IMG/VR virus record: IMGVR_UViG_3300049846_002551 | Location: 1-64,000 of that record | Length of the DNA stretch: 64,000 nucleotides | Strand: one strand, 5' to 3' | From: a virus | In this document: in pieces, positions 17,863-27,998 of the stretch | Layout of the letters: every line of letters begins with the position of its first letter | Position numbering within the stretch: position 1 is the stretch's first letter | Made by a program: the position numbers and the translations under genes | Notes under the pieces: model-generated | Told to the model about the DNA's origin: nothing | What the model saw: only the letters and a program-made list of their open reading frames with translations | Database searches by the model: none

Positions 17863-17900
17863 TATAAGGTTCAGTTTTTCATTACGGTAACATTATCCGT

Positions 17901-18680
17901 ATGTACGCTTCTGAACAGTTCAACGTCATCCGGACTTTTTTAACAACACAAGCACCTGCGGAACGCTTAGTGCTCTCGGTTAAATTGTATTATGCGTACT
18001 TTTTAACGATGGACGAGTTGCACATGCTTTACGATTCTTATCAAAATGAATTTCGGACTGAAGCGGCGTTGCAAGGTTACACCGATGCGTTTGCTTGGTT
18101 TAAGAAATATAGTGCATACCCAATTGAGACGTTCGAGGACTTGTTTAATAAGCCGCGTCCGTTTATTTGGAAGTATGAGGATTTACAGAACGAGTTCAAG
18201 TTGATCGTGGATTTGCTCCCTTCTTTGTGGGTTACTTCAGATGTGGCAGATTATTCGAATGCTATGAAACTAGGGGATGAACCTCTGTTTGCAATCGAGT
18301 GGTTGGAAGAACGCGGCTTCATTTCGGTGGATGGACTAATCCTGTCTAGGACGATTCAGCCTGTGGTTATTAGTGAGCAGTCGAGCGAAAAGGTCGTGCT
18401 TGCAATGCCTAATATTACAGATAGTGAGTTTGCATCCGAGTTTGAAATGATTCCAGCTTTAGGTGGAGGGTGTGCGTTTAAAGCGGTTTACGGTCCTGCC
18501 CAGCTTAATATTAACTTTGCGGATAGTGTTGGCATCGATGACGTGGATAGTGTGATGTTATGTATCGGAAAGTTAGAAGAGAAGGACTCCCAATGGTCGG
18601 TTGTCGAGCGTCCAAGTCTTGATTATTACAAGATCAAAAGAATTCTATCGAACGGTATTACAGTTCCATTTGTAAATTAA
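17901..18680 (+). CDS. hypothetical protein (leaderless start)
   Basis: 259 aa; GGTAACAT lies 7 nt before the ATG. Confidence 0.75.
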   Translation: MYASEQFNVIRTFLTTQAPAERLVLSVKLYYAYFLTMDELHMLYDSYQNEFRTEAALQGYTDAFAWFKKYSAYPIETFEDLFNKPRPFIWKYEDLQNEFKLIVDLLPSLWVTSDVADYSNAMKLGDEPLFAIEWLEERGFISVDGLILSRTIQPVVISEQSSEKVVLAMPNITDSEFASEFEMIPALGGGCAFKAVYGPAQLNINFADSVGIDDVDSVMLCIGKLEEKDSQWSVVERPSLDYYKIKRILSNGITVPFVN

Positions 18681-19084
18681 TGGAGATGCAGGTTCTGCTT
18701 AATCGGCTAGGTGGTTCACTCTTTTGTCAGGCTCTGTTTCAGGATAGTGTGAAGCCGTCTCGTGATGAGTTTAATTTAATCAGATTGTTTGTGGAAGAGT
18801 TTTGTTGGGAGCATACGATTGATTTTGTAGAACGCGATTTTGTTGGTTATTACGAAGTTCGCCCATTAGACCGAATCGTTTGTGGGTTGTGGCCCGTTAA
18901 TTATATAGAAGTCGTTTTTTGGTTGTTGTACTGTTCTGTTGTGGTGTTCGACGCACCGGAGTTTAATAACACCATGCGATGGATTGAAGATGTGGGGAAC
19001 TATTCTAGGCATATTGACATAGGGAAGTGGAGGCATGCTTGTGGCGAACTTCGGAGATTCGTACAAAGAACAGTATTTGCTTAA
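18680..19084 (+). CDS. hypothetical protein
   Basis: 134 aa; TAATG coupling. Confidence 0.7.
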   Translation: MEMQVLLNRLGGSLFCQALFQDSVKPSRDEFNLIRLFVEEFCWEHTIDFVERDFVGYYEVRPLDRIVCGLWPVNYIEVVFWLLYCSVVVFDAPEFNNTMRWIEDVGNYSRHIDIGKWRHACGELRRFVQRTVFA

Positions 19085-20003
19085 AACTGTCCGCAACTCT
19101 TTATTAACGGCTTTAGTGATGGATACACTTGGGGTTTTGTTCAGTGATTTCAAATCGGCGGAGATTAAGAGTTGGTTACAAACGGATCGAACGGTTCTTC
19201 CAAAATCAAAGAGGACGAGAAAGGCATCTTTTAATACTGATTTTTCTGTGCTACTGCTCCATGTGTTTAAACAGACTACTCCGATATTCTCAGAAGATTT
19301 GCATGATTATAAACGCGAGTTAACTGAAGCTTTACAGATTTATTATTACGCTGTTGGTTCTATGAAGAGTGACAATCGCTATGTGCGAACTGTTCGCGGA
19401 GAACCAAATACTGGGATTTCTCTTCCGGTCGGGTTATTGTTAGGTATGTATGCATCGTGCGTGTTTATGGAACGTTCGATGCTCTATGATTTAGTGGAAG
19501 TAACATGTCGGTGTTTAGGTTTAAAATCGAGAGATAGGGATGACGTTCGGATGTTGGCGTTTTTGAGCTATCAATTAGCCAATCATGGTTATTTCGGCTA
19601 TCAACATTTTCAAGAGTTGTTTTCCCATCGAGCAGTTCCGGCTTTTATGTACAGGATATGTCGAGAGCTAATGCGTAATCACTCTGATTTGGAGTATTTG
19701 TCTGAACCGTTTGCTTCACATGTTTGTGGGTCGATGTCTTACGCTGAGTATGTTACGGTGGAGTCTATGTATTATTTGTGTCGAGTTGACTCTAGTTTTT
19801 TAAAAGAACTTTTACCGTCTGGTCCTAAAGATCAACTGATTCATGTTTTTCATACTCAAGGAGCAGATTTGGCTGATGTGGCTTTCATATATGGTGGGTT
19901 GTGCACTCTATCTGAGCAGAATTATTCATTGGTGACCAAGCCATTGCGAGAGGGTGTTTCGGCTAGGCGCATCGTAGATGATTTTTTTCAAGCGATTGCG
20001 TAA
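19035..20003 (+). CDS. ADP-ribosylglycohydrolase-fold protein, catalytically degenerate
   Basis: LL..LVMDTLG (cf. GDALG), FNTD (cf. TDDT), GADLADVAFIYGGL (cf. GGDTDT.AAI.GAL); 322 aa matches the family length. Confidence 0.55.
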   Translation: MLVANFGDSYKEQYLLKTVRNSLLTALVMDTLGVLFSDFKSAEIKSWLQTDRTVLPKSKRTRKASFNTDFSVLLLHVFKQTTPIFSEDLHDYKRELTEALQIYYYAVGSMKSDNRYVRTVRGEPNTGISLPVGLLLGMYASCVFMERSMLYDLVEVTCRCLGLKSRDRDDVRMLAFLSYQLANHGYFGYQHFQELFSHRAVPAFMYRICRELMRNHSDLEYLSEPFASHVCGSMSYAEYVTVESMYYLCRVDSSFLKELLPSGPKDQLIHVFHTQGADLADVAFIYGGLCTLSEQNYSLVTKPLREGVSARRIVDDFFQAIA

Positions 20004-20069
20004 ATGTGCTTGTATGTTTTACAGTATTTCGTTGTATTCGAAGGAAACGGTGTATGATTGTGAGGTTTT

Positions 20070-21524
20070 ATGGGTGAGTTGAGGAATTTTCTACAACGCA
20101 TGCTCTTTCCAAGAGACGTGGAGAAAAGTGCGGTTGATCGGGTGCATGCTTCTACGATTATTGGAACCGCTATTGCGGTGGACGGAGTTAAAGAGGCTTA
20201 TCCTGTTGTACCTACTACGGATACTATTAGCGCAAAACAAGCCGCGTACATTTATGCTCAATCACCAATAGTCCATTCTTCCGTGAAGATTGTGGCTGGG
20301 CTATTAGCGAATGTTCCATTTAATGTTTACATGCTTGATCGCAATCCTTCTGGTAAAAAACGGATTAAACGTACAGGATATCCATACCAGTTGTTGGAAT
20401 GGGTGAATCCACGTATGACTCGTCCAGAGTTGATTCACTATACAGTTTCTTGGCTTAAACTCTGTGGAAGTGCATATTGGGCTATTGAGGAAACGGCTTC
20501 AGAATATAAGGACATTTCTATTTATTCAATCTATCCATTGAATCCTAGTTATGTAAAAGTGGTCGCTGATCCTGAAACAGGAGTGAAGGGTTATATCTAC
20601 GATATTGGAACGGATAAGCAGTGGTATCCCGCTAACCGCGTAATTCCGTTTAACAATTTTAGCTCCACGAATTATTGGAAAGGTATGTCGGAAGTTGAGG
20701 CTCTTAGTTATGATTTGCAAGTTGATAAGTTCAATAAAAGACAGCAACGTAACTTTCTTGCGGGTGGAACGATTTTGGATGGTGTTCTTTCAATAGAAGC
20801 AGATATTGATGAGAATGAGATTATAAAATTGAAGCGAGAATTTAAGGAACAGCATCAAGGAACTCGAAATGCTCATCGAATTTTAGTATTGACTAAAGGA
20901 ATGAAGTTTGATGTGCCGTCACCACCTGCTCCATCAGAAGTGTTAGCTTTGTTGGCAGATAAAAATTTAGAAAATCATACGATGGTGTTCGGGGTTCCAG
21001 TTAATGTCTTGCTTGGAAAAGGTGAAGGGCTTCAAGAAGCTAAAGCTTTGATGTGGGAAAACACTATCCAACCTTTAGGCAATATTATCGAGAACACAGT
21101 TAAGAAACATTTGTGTCTCCCGATTAGTAGTCGTTTGACTGTAGGGTTTGATTATTCAAACGTTTCTGCACTACGATTGCGAGACTTGGATCGAGCGCGG
21201 GTGGAGGTGGCGCATTTCAATACAGGTATCCGTACAGCGGATCAGATTCGAGAAGAACGAGACTGGGAAGCCTACGGGGATGAGTTTGGCACGACGCCGT
21301 TTCCACAATGGCAAGCTATGCAGAAAGAAAAGCTTCAACAGATGGCGGCAGATGCAGGGCTAGCACAGGCTCAGGCACGTGGAAGTGGTGGTTCTGGAAC
21401 GGGAACTAGTCCATCTTTAACGATGCCAGGTAGTGAAGGTGGAAGGGATCAGTCGACTACTGGGGAGGCGCAATTAGTCGATACTTCTGGTCAAAAAGGC
21501 ATTTCGGATTTGTTTTCCATCTAA
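20070..21524 (+). CDS. portal protein (HK97 family)
   Basis: L...NP.MT..E........L.L.GSAYW, PLNPSYV, GMSEVEAL, FGVP..LLG. Confidence 0.93.
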   Translation: MGELRNFLQRMLFPRDVEKSAVDRVHASTIIGTAIAVDGVKEAYPVVPTTDTISAKQAAYIYAQSPIVHSSVKIVAGLLANVPFNVYMLDRNPSGKKRIKRTGYPYQLLEWVNPRMTRPELIHYTVSWLKLCGSAYWAIEETASEYKDISIYSIYPLNPSYVKVVADPETGVKGYIYDIGTDKQWYPANRVIPFNNFSSTNYWKGMSEVEALSYDLQVDKFNKRQQRNFLAGGTILDGVLSIEADIDENEIIKLKREFKEQHQGTRNAHRILVLTKGMKFDVPSPPAPSEVLALLADKNLENHTMVFGVPVNVLLGKGEGLQEAKALMWENTIQPLGNIIENTVKKHLCLPISSRLTVGFDYSNVSALRLRDLDRARVEVAHFNTGIRTADQIREERDWEAYGDEFGTTPFPQWQAMQKEKLQQMAADAGLAQAQARGSGGSGTGTSPSLTMPGSEGGRDQSTTGEAQLVDTSGQKGISDLFSI

Positions 21525-21555
21525 AAAGTTGCGCTAAAATGTGAGGTGCAAGGTT

Positions 21556-23124
21556 ATGGCAGACGTACCAGAATTACTCGAATCCATTGAAGATGCTCCG
21601 TTGCGCTATGTATTTGGCGATTTAGAAGTGGAGAAAGCGGCAGGAGATGACCGTATGGTTATGTCCGGGTTTTTAAGCACACCACGAGTGGATTTATCGA
21701 AGGAAGTTGTCGAAACAGATTGTTTTGAGAAATATCTCTCTTACTATCAGCGTAATCCGATTTATTGCTATAACCACGATAAGTCCCTGCCTATTGGTCG
21801 AGTAGCGAATCCCCGCATCATAAAGTCTGGACAGAAAACAGGCTTGTATCTAGAGGGGATTACGCTGTCTCCCATTCCTATTGTTAAAGATTTTCTTTGG
21901 ATTTTGATTAAAGATGGAGTTCTAACTCAGCAATCGGCGGGATTCTTATCTTATGCCGGAAAGTACGTTAACGATGTTTATCACCATATTTTAGGGTACT
22001 TGTTGGAAGGTAGCCTTGTGTCAATTGCGTGTAATCCTGAAGCTGTATTAGACACAGTTAAATCAGTTTTTGGAGTAGTTCCCGAAGGTTATCATCAATA
22101 TGATAGTTTAGGGGATTTAGTGCAAGCGTATGAAAAAGGGGTGATTCGTTTACCTTCGGAAGTACGCAGTACGTTTTCTAGATCGGTTCCTGAAATTCAA
22201 TCTTCTGTAAGTGAAAAAACAATGTCTAATCAATTGAGCCATGTTAAGTCAAACGCTGTTATTCCGGATTTTGCTGATGCTGAAGTTCTTGCTTCCGTGG
22301 AAAGCGCGTATGATCCAGATGGTGTTGCACTAGCTAAACCACACCGCAACGCGAAAGATTACAAAGTTGTTTGTGATCTGATTCATGCGGCAAAGTCTGA
22401 AGTTCGTGGAAGCTATTTATTTCAGATAGCGGTGCCAACCGACAAAGGCTTCAAATATGATTGGAATTGTATTGCGATGTCGATGTCGCGTGTTCTTGGT
22501 GCAAATGGTGGAGCGCATTTTACTCGTGAACAGAAGTCAGCAATCATTGATAGAATTGCTGAAGGTTATCGTGCGTTGGAGAAGAAACTTCCGGTGGTGG
22601 AGTTTAATGACGGTGAGGTAGCTGTTGATAAGCTTATGCCTGAATTTCTTGAGACTCTTGCTTACAAAGACGTTATTTTTAACGAAGGTGAGAAAGAGGC
22701 TGTGCGTTTTTCTTTCTTACAACAGAATGTCCAAAGTGTAACTGATGCGCTGGTTTCTTATCAGAAAGATGGTGAGATTCCGGACGCTGTTAAAGAAGTA
22801 ATAAAAGCCATCGGCGGGTACGTTGATATTTCTATCTATGCATCGGTTCGTGATCCACAAGCATTGGCGTTTATGAGTAGTGTGATGTCGATGTTGGAGG
22901 ATTACGTAACCCCTTCAGACCCTGCAACGGTTATTGCGCCTGAATACTATATGGATTCACCGGAAGCGTTGCGAAAGTTTGCCGCGCATATTCTGGAAAG
23001 AGCAGATGCTTTAGAAAGGTCGCCAAAAGCTGAAACTAAGTCAGAGGTTTCAGGGATTACGTTCGGGCAGATTAAAGAATTGCTAGAAACCGTGGGTCAG
23101 GTGGACCCAATCTTTTTAAAGTAG
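21556..23124 (+). CDS. prohead maturation protease (HK97 family) with long C-terminal extension
   Basis: GFLST...DLSKEVV, YNHD..LPIGRV, SAGF, LLEGSLVSIACNPEA; likely start ATG 21556. Confidence 0.9.
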   Translation: MADVPELLESIEDAPLRYVFGDLEVEKAAGDDRMVMSGFLSTPRVDLSKEVVETDCFEKYLSYYQRNPIYCYNHDKSLPIGRVANPRIIKSGQKTGLYLEGITLSPIPIVKDFLWILIKDGVLTQQSAGFLSYAGKYVNDVYHHILGYLLEGSLVSIACNPEAVLDTVKSVFGVVPEGYHQYDSLGDLVQAYEKGVIRLPSEVRSTFSRSVPEIQSSVSEKTMSNQLSHVKSNAVIPDFADAEVLASVESAYDPDGVALAKPHRNAKDYKVVCDLIHAAKSEVRGSYLFQIAVPTDKGFKYDWNCIAMSMSRVLGANGGAHFTREQKSAIIDRIAEGYRALEKKLPVVEFNDGEVAVDKLMPEFLETLAYKDVIFNEGEKEAVRFSFLQQNVQSVTDALVSYQKDGEIPDAVKEVIKAIGGYVDISIYASVRDPQALAFMSSVMSMLEDYVTPSDPATVIAPEYYMDSPEALRKFAAHILERADALERSPKAETKSEVSGITFGQIKELLETVGQVDPIFLK

Positions 23125-23228
23125 CTTAATCTGGATTTTTAAAAAACTGCTTTTTGCGTTACATAATGTCACTCAGACTTCGTTAGTCGGGGATCAACCC
23201 AGAAATTTTACGAGGTTGGAGAAACATA

Positions 23229-25013
23229 ATGAGTGATACAGAAAATAAAGAAGTTGGTACTCCAGGTGTTCCCGACAACGCTCAGGCTGTGCCTGAAATT
23301 CCGGTGACTCTTGAAACGGCGAAGGCCCTAGGTTATGATAGTGTTGAAGCACTTCAAGAAAAGCTAAAAGCGGCTCAGAACTTGAATAAGAGTTCTGAAA
23401 CTATTGCCTCTTTAGTAACTGCTCTTACTGATTCGGTTCAGGCTTTGACTACTGCTACGAATGCTTATCGTGAGGAAAAAGTCAAACAAATCCAAGAGGA
23501 TGAGTTTGATGCTCTTGCGAAAGAAAAGATCGTTGCCACGTTTAAAGCCCTTCCGGAAAATGATGAGCGGAGACAGGAAATTGCAAAAGAACTGAAGCAA
23601 GCGGGTTATGGAGCGAACGACATCAGTCTCGTCTTAACCGGAACTGAATTGCAGAAGACATTACTGCGTCCAGTTTCAAAAACTAATAAATACTCCGATG
23701 AATATCGAGAATTTCGAAAAGCATGGGATTTGACTTGGATTCTTGCCGCGTTTTACAAAGGGGTTGGCGAAGGTGCCAACTCTGATGACGTGGCTATTAA
23801 GCCAGAATTGTTGATGAAAGCCGCTGATCGTCTCGATATGGCGGGTTTGTACGGTATGGATAAAGTCAAAGAGAGCATTGAAGATGCGCGTCAGAAGGCT
23901 ATGTCAGATACGACAGGTTATGGTGGGGATTGGATTCCAACCATTTTGTCTGGCGACATGGTTGCGGACGTTTGGCTTGCTCTGCAAGTTGCGGCGTTGT
24001 TCCGACGTTACCAGATGCCTTCTAAGACTTTTGAAGTTCCGATTCGAACGAGTCGTGCTCGTGCGTTTTTGGTTGACGAAACTACTGGCGATACGAGTGT
24101 TGGTGATGCAACTCCGTTCTTCGCTAACCAGATTCGTCCGTCCAGTATGGGAACTTCGAAAGTTACGTTCCTTGCAAGAAAGCTTGGTGCTGTTATCTTC
24201 GTCTCGGATGAGTTGGAGCAGGATAGCATCATTGCAATCTTGGAAATGCTTCGTGAAGAAATTCTTTACGGAATGGCAGATGCAATCGAGGACGCAACGA
24301 TTAATGGAACCTATGGAACTTCCCTTGGCGCAGTACAAGGCAAGATGGATAACGCGGCGGCTGGTGCTGGTGATCGATTGTGGTCAGATAGTGGCGCGGG
24401 TATTCGAGATTCACGTGCGGCTTGGAATGGTTTGCGTTTTGAAACCTTCCTTTCAAACGTGACGACAATTGATGGTGCGCCTTCATCGTCTTGGGCCGCA
24501 GAAGGTCTGGACTTTTATCGTAATGCTCGAAAGGAGATGGGCAAGTATGGTGCTGTAACTACAGATGACCTAGTTTGGTTAATCTCGCCAGAACAGCACA
24601 TTGAATTGCTCAAACTCAATCAAGTTATTACGATGGACAAGATTGGAGATCGTGCCACTGTTTTGAGTGGTCAGATCGGGATGCTTGACGGAGTTCCGCT
24701 TGTGATTAGTCCGAGAATTTACAGCAACTTGAACAACAAGGGCTTTTTCTCGAACGGTAGTGCTGAAACTCCTGGTGCAGGTAACGGCTCTTTGACGGGT
24801 GTTGCATCATCCGCAACTGATAATAAGACTACTTCGGTCTTAGTTAATCGACGTGGGTTTGCATTCGGAGATCGTCAAATGATTCGTGCGGAATCCGAGC
24901 GACAACCACTAGCAGGTCAGCGTTATGTCATGGCAACGGCTCGAATGGACTTCAAGAAGTTGTTCGAGACGGCAGAGCCTCTGTCTAACTTGATCTACAA
25001 CTTAGCGAAGTAA
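23229..25013 (+). CDS. major capsid protein (HK97 fold) with long N-terminal scaffold-like domain
   Basis: GGDWIPT, VTF.ARKL....VSDELEQDS, I.D...INGT, G.L.GVPLVIS, R.DFK. Confidence 0.93.
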   Translation: MSDTENKEVGTPGVPDNAQAVPEIPVTLETAKALGYDSVEALQEKLKAAQNLNKSSETIASLVTALTDSVQALTTATNAYREEKVKQIQEDEFDALAKEKIVATFKALPENDERRQEIAKELKQAGYGANDISLVLTGTELQKTLLRPVSKTNKYSDEYREFRKAWDLTWILAAFYKGVGEGANSDDVAIKPELLMKAADRLDMAGLYGMDKVKESIEDARQKAMSDTTGYGGDWIPTILSGDMVADVWLALQVAALFRRYQMPSKTFEVPIRTSRARAFLVDETTGDTSVGDATPFFANQIRPSSMGTSKVTFLARKLGAVIFVSDELEQDSIIAILEMLREEILYGMADAIEDATINGTYGTSLGAVQGKMDNAAAGAGDRLWSDSGAGIRDSRAAWNGLRFETFLSNVTTIDGAPSSSWAAEGLDFYRNARKEMGKYGAVTTDDLVWLISPEQHIELLKLNQVITMDKIGDRATVLSGQIGMLDGVPLVISPRIYSNLNNKGFFSNGSAETPGAGNGSLTGVASSATDNKTTSVLVNRRGFAFGDRQMIRAESERQPLAGQRYVMATARMDFKKLFETAEPLSNLIYNLAK

Positions 25014-25030
25014 CCTGAGTTGAACGTATG

Positions 25031-25068
25031 AACAGGGAACTGTATGTTTTTACAGTTCCCTGTTTTGT
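25031..25068 (+). terminator. intrinsic terminator after capsid gene
   Basis: AACAGGGAACTGTA...TACAGTTCCCTGTTTT. Confidence 0.85.
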
Positions 25069-25101
25069 TGTAAGGTATTATGATTTGGAGGTTTTCCAAG
25101 T

Positions 25102-25560
25102 ATGAAATATCAAGAAACTTTTCACTACAAAGGGTTGATGAACGTTTCAGTTCAAAAGTACGCGACCAACCTATTTGTGTTAAATCCACAACAAGCGGTT
25201 ATTCTAGAAGCGGATGTAGCGGATAAGGTTGTCGAGAATGCTGGAGTTACTGTTGCGTTTCTGAATCAAGAGTTTGTGGACCGATGTGTAGAACGTGGGT
25301 TTCCAGAATGTAAGGAAGTTTTTAATGTGGAACCTGCTATGGCTGACATGGGTGAAGGTGCCCCCCCTTTTTTAGGAAATGGTGGGGTGTCTTTAAGCGG
25401 CAAGTCACCTCAATATCAGTTGGTGTGGAACGGGCGTCCACGAACGGGCCTGTTCTGGAGAGTTCCAATAAAGGAGATATCAGCGAAAAAGAATTCTATG
25501 CGATCACCGCGCACTCAAAAAAACGCTGAAAAGAAAGGTCCAACTTTAAACAAGAAGTAA
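25102..25560 (+). CDS. hypothetical protein (head-neck region)
   Basis: 152 aa; GGAGG SD. Confidence 0.7.
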   Translation: MKYQETFHYKGLMNVSVQKYATNLFVLNPQQAVILEADVADKVVENAGVTVAFLNQEFVDRCVERGFPECKEVFNVEPAMADMGEGAPPFLGNGGVSLSGKSPQYQLVWNGRPRTGLFWRVPIKEISAKKNSMRSPRTQKNAEKKGPTLNKK

Positions 25561-25563
25561 TCA

Positions 25564-26217
25564 ATGTCAAAAGGATACATTCAACCGTCAGAAGTAGCGA
25601 TAAGTCTTGGGTACGATTTATCGGATACCCAATTTCTTGCAGAGATCGCGGTTGCCATTGAGTTTTGTGAAGGTCATGTGGATCAATATTGCAAGACAGA
25701 ATTTCAATGGCAACCGTCTGCATCTAAAGTTTATGACGGCACAGGCACGGGCATGCTTACGCTTGGTGCCTATCTTAGGCGGCTTGAATCTGTGTGGTTG
25801 CTTGATACCACAAATGAACGTTCAAGTGAGTTGAGTGATGTGGTAGCTGAACCTACGCCGTTGCAGTCGAATCGTGCTTATACTTGGTTACAACGTAGAC
25901 CTATACTTAATTCTCTAGGTGAATCAATTGTTGATAACGTGTTTCCTTTAGGTTTAGCGAGTGTGGAAGTAGTAGGGGATTGGGGCTGGAAACCGGATGA
26001 AATGCCGACTGCTATTCGTAATGCTATGACTTATGCGGTCAAGCATTTTTTTGACCTTAGAATCTATAACGATTTGGTGCAAATGGATAGTGGTTTGGGG
26101 CGCACTACGGTTTACAAAACACCTAAACAAGGGGTGGATTTGCCTGTTGATTTTCTTCCGGAGGTAAGTAGAAGAATTTTGGATGGATGGAGAAATAGAT
26201 CATTCTTTAGGGCGTGA
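25564..26217 (+). CDS. head-tail adaptor/connector
   Basis: VDQYC...F, YDGTG, FP.G...V.V.GDWGW...P.AI..A; position after the capsid gene. Confidence 0.75.
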   Translation: MSKGYIQPSEVAISLGYDLSDTQFLAEIAVAIEFCEGHVDQYCKTEFQWQPSASKVYDGTGTGMLTLGAYLRRLESVWLLDTTNERSSELSDVVAEPTPLQSNRAYTWLQRRPILNSLGESIVDNVFPLGLASVEVVGDWGWKPDEMPTAIRNAMTYAVKHFFDLRIYNDLVQMDSGLGRTTVYKTPKQGVDLPVDFLPEVSRRILDGWRNRSFFRA

Positions 26218-26223
26218 TGCATT

Positions 26224-26598
26224 GTGATTAATATCAAGTTTTCCATTTCTATTCCAACTTATAACTCCGCACATAAACGCTATGTGATGGGGGATACACC
26301 AGTTTATACCGATTTAGTGGGGGCTTTTGCAGAAATACAAACTACTCTAGAAAGTGAGATTGTTAGAGGTAGTGATGGTGATAGGCCCATACGTTATCGA
26401 TTATTATTCCAACGGCTACCTGCTTTAGATGATATTCGTGTGGGTTCTATTATTGAGGTTACACATAAGCGGCATCCAGTCACTAATAGCTGGGTTAAGC
26501 AGTCGGTGATCGCGCAGTATATTATTCAATCAGAAACTGACGTGCAGTTTATTGGCAACGAAATCAATCTGGGTCTAGTTAGGAAGGATCAACAATGA
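26224..26598 (+). CDS. putative head closure protein
   Basis: Size and synteny. Confidence 0.55.
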   Translation: MINIKFSISIPTYNSAHKRYVMGDTPVYTDLVGAFAEIQTTLESEIVRGSDGDRPIRYRLLFQRLPALDDIRVGSIIEVTHKRHPVTNSWVKQSVIAQYIIQSETDVQFIGNEINLGLVRKDQQ

Positions 26599-27224
26599 GA
26601 GGTAACCCTAAGAACCTAACGCATGGTAAACGTGTTCTACGTTTTGATGTGAAGTTTGCGAATCAAGCCCAGATTGAAAAATCGATGTTGTCGGTGGTTC
26701 AGAATTTTGATCGGGATTTGCGTAATGAAATTATGAATGATGCTACGGTTATGCTCGAAGCACGAGCAGTTCACTATATTCGTGAAGGTAAAAAAGAGTC
26801 TAGAGTGCCGCGTGATAACCCCCGATCACAAGGACTTGAACATTCTTTCCGTTCATTTTTTCATGAAACAGACTCGGTGCAAGTGACGATGGGTGAAGGT
26901 ATTTCATATGCACGGATACATAATTTGCCGATTGGTCAAACGCGAACTATCGTTCCACATAATGGAAAATGGTTGTTGTTTCGGTGGTATCGATTGGACA
27001 AGAAAAGCCGTATTGCGGCGAGGTCAGTCGAGAAACCTGGTATTGCATTTTGGGATCGAGCACTAGATGATGTTCGTAAGAACATGAAAAAACTCATGGC
27101 GAAGAAGCTTAAGGAGCTAACTGCTATGGGAAGAACTGATATTTTTTTATCTACAGGTGCTCACGTTAAGCGTGGTCCACGTTTGAGAAATAATGCCAAA
27201 GTGAGAAGCATGCGTTATGACTGA
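26595..27224 (+). CDS. putative tail completion/neck protein (HK97 gp10-like)
   Basis: Basic; L..SF, YARIH, K.L.F.W motifs; synteny. Confidence 0.65.
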   Translation: MRGNPKNLTHGKRVLRFDVKFANQAQIEKSMLSVVQNFDRDLRNEIMNDATVMLEARAVHYIREGKKESRVPRDNPRSQGLEHSFRSFFHETDSVQVTMGEGISYARIHNLPIGQTRTIVPHNGKWLLFRWYRLDKKSRIAARSVEKPGIAFWDRALDDVRKNMKKLMAKKLKELTAMGRTDIFLSTGAHVKRGPRLRNNAKVRSMRYD

Positions 27225-27924
27225 TATTCAAATGTTAAACGTGTTCACAAGTATGTTGGAGCGCACTTTTCCAACGACGATTGACTCTATCGCACTTACT
27301 AGCTTTGGTGGATTGCAATTAACGTTTGAGTCGAATGTCGAGTCAGTGGTTAATAGTTGGGAAGCAGGGCTTGTTGAATTTTTAGATGGTGATTGTGCAG
27401 GTTTGTCATTTGTAATTTCTGAGTCCAATATGGATAGTGTATTTCTTACTTCCCCGTTTTTTAACCTTAAACCTGCGGCTGGTGATCACGTAAAAATTTA
27501 CGGAGGACCGCTATCGGAAGTACGGGTTTTCGACGAGGACCCAGAGACTCTTAAGGAAGCGGTGGAATCAGGTGTTAAGTATTTTTCAACTTGTGCGATA
27601 GTGTCAGGAAGTGTCGCGTGGAGGGCTTTAGGCGCGAGAACTCGTCGGGGTGCTGAGGCGTCTCAGCGGATGTACGGGTTTGAAGTTACGTTGGAAACTA
27701 AACACATTACTGGGATTCCAACGGAATCTGATATGTATACTCAGTTCGTTGCTCTGCCGTTACTGAAAGAGCAAGTAGTGTTTTTAATCCAGGCATTTCG
27801 AACAGACGCTCAAAACCGCCTGAGTGGGGACGGGAACATCGAGTGGACTAAAGGATTTATTCAGCGTCCAGGGAACGAGGTTATGCGTGTCTATCTTATA
27901 AACTTCGATGTGGCTTTGAATTGA
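27217..27924 (+). CDS. putative tail terminator protein
   Basis: Synteny just before the tail tube gene. Confidence 0.5.
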   Translation: MTDIQMLNVFTSMLERTFPTTIDSIALTSFGGLQLTFESNVESVVNSWEAGLVEFLDGDCAGLSFVISESNMDSVFLTSPFFNLKPAAGDHVKIYGGPLSEVRVFDEDPETLKEAVESGVKYFSTCAIVSGSVAWRALGARTRRGAEASQRMYGFEVTLETKHITGIPTESDMYTQFVALPLLKEQVVFLIQAFRTDAQNRLSGDGNIEWTKGFIQRPGNEVMRVYLINFDVALN

Positions 27925-27998
27925 TTTTTTAAATCCTTTCCCAGATTTATAACTAAATGGGCAGAATGGTGGATAATACGGGGTGCTGAGTACTGAAG

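Noticed and set aside
12337-23160. TTGCGT upstream of several genes as a late-promoter element
   Set aside because: Spacing to -10 boxes and start codons is inconsistent.
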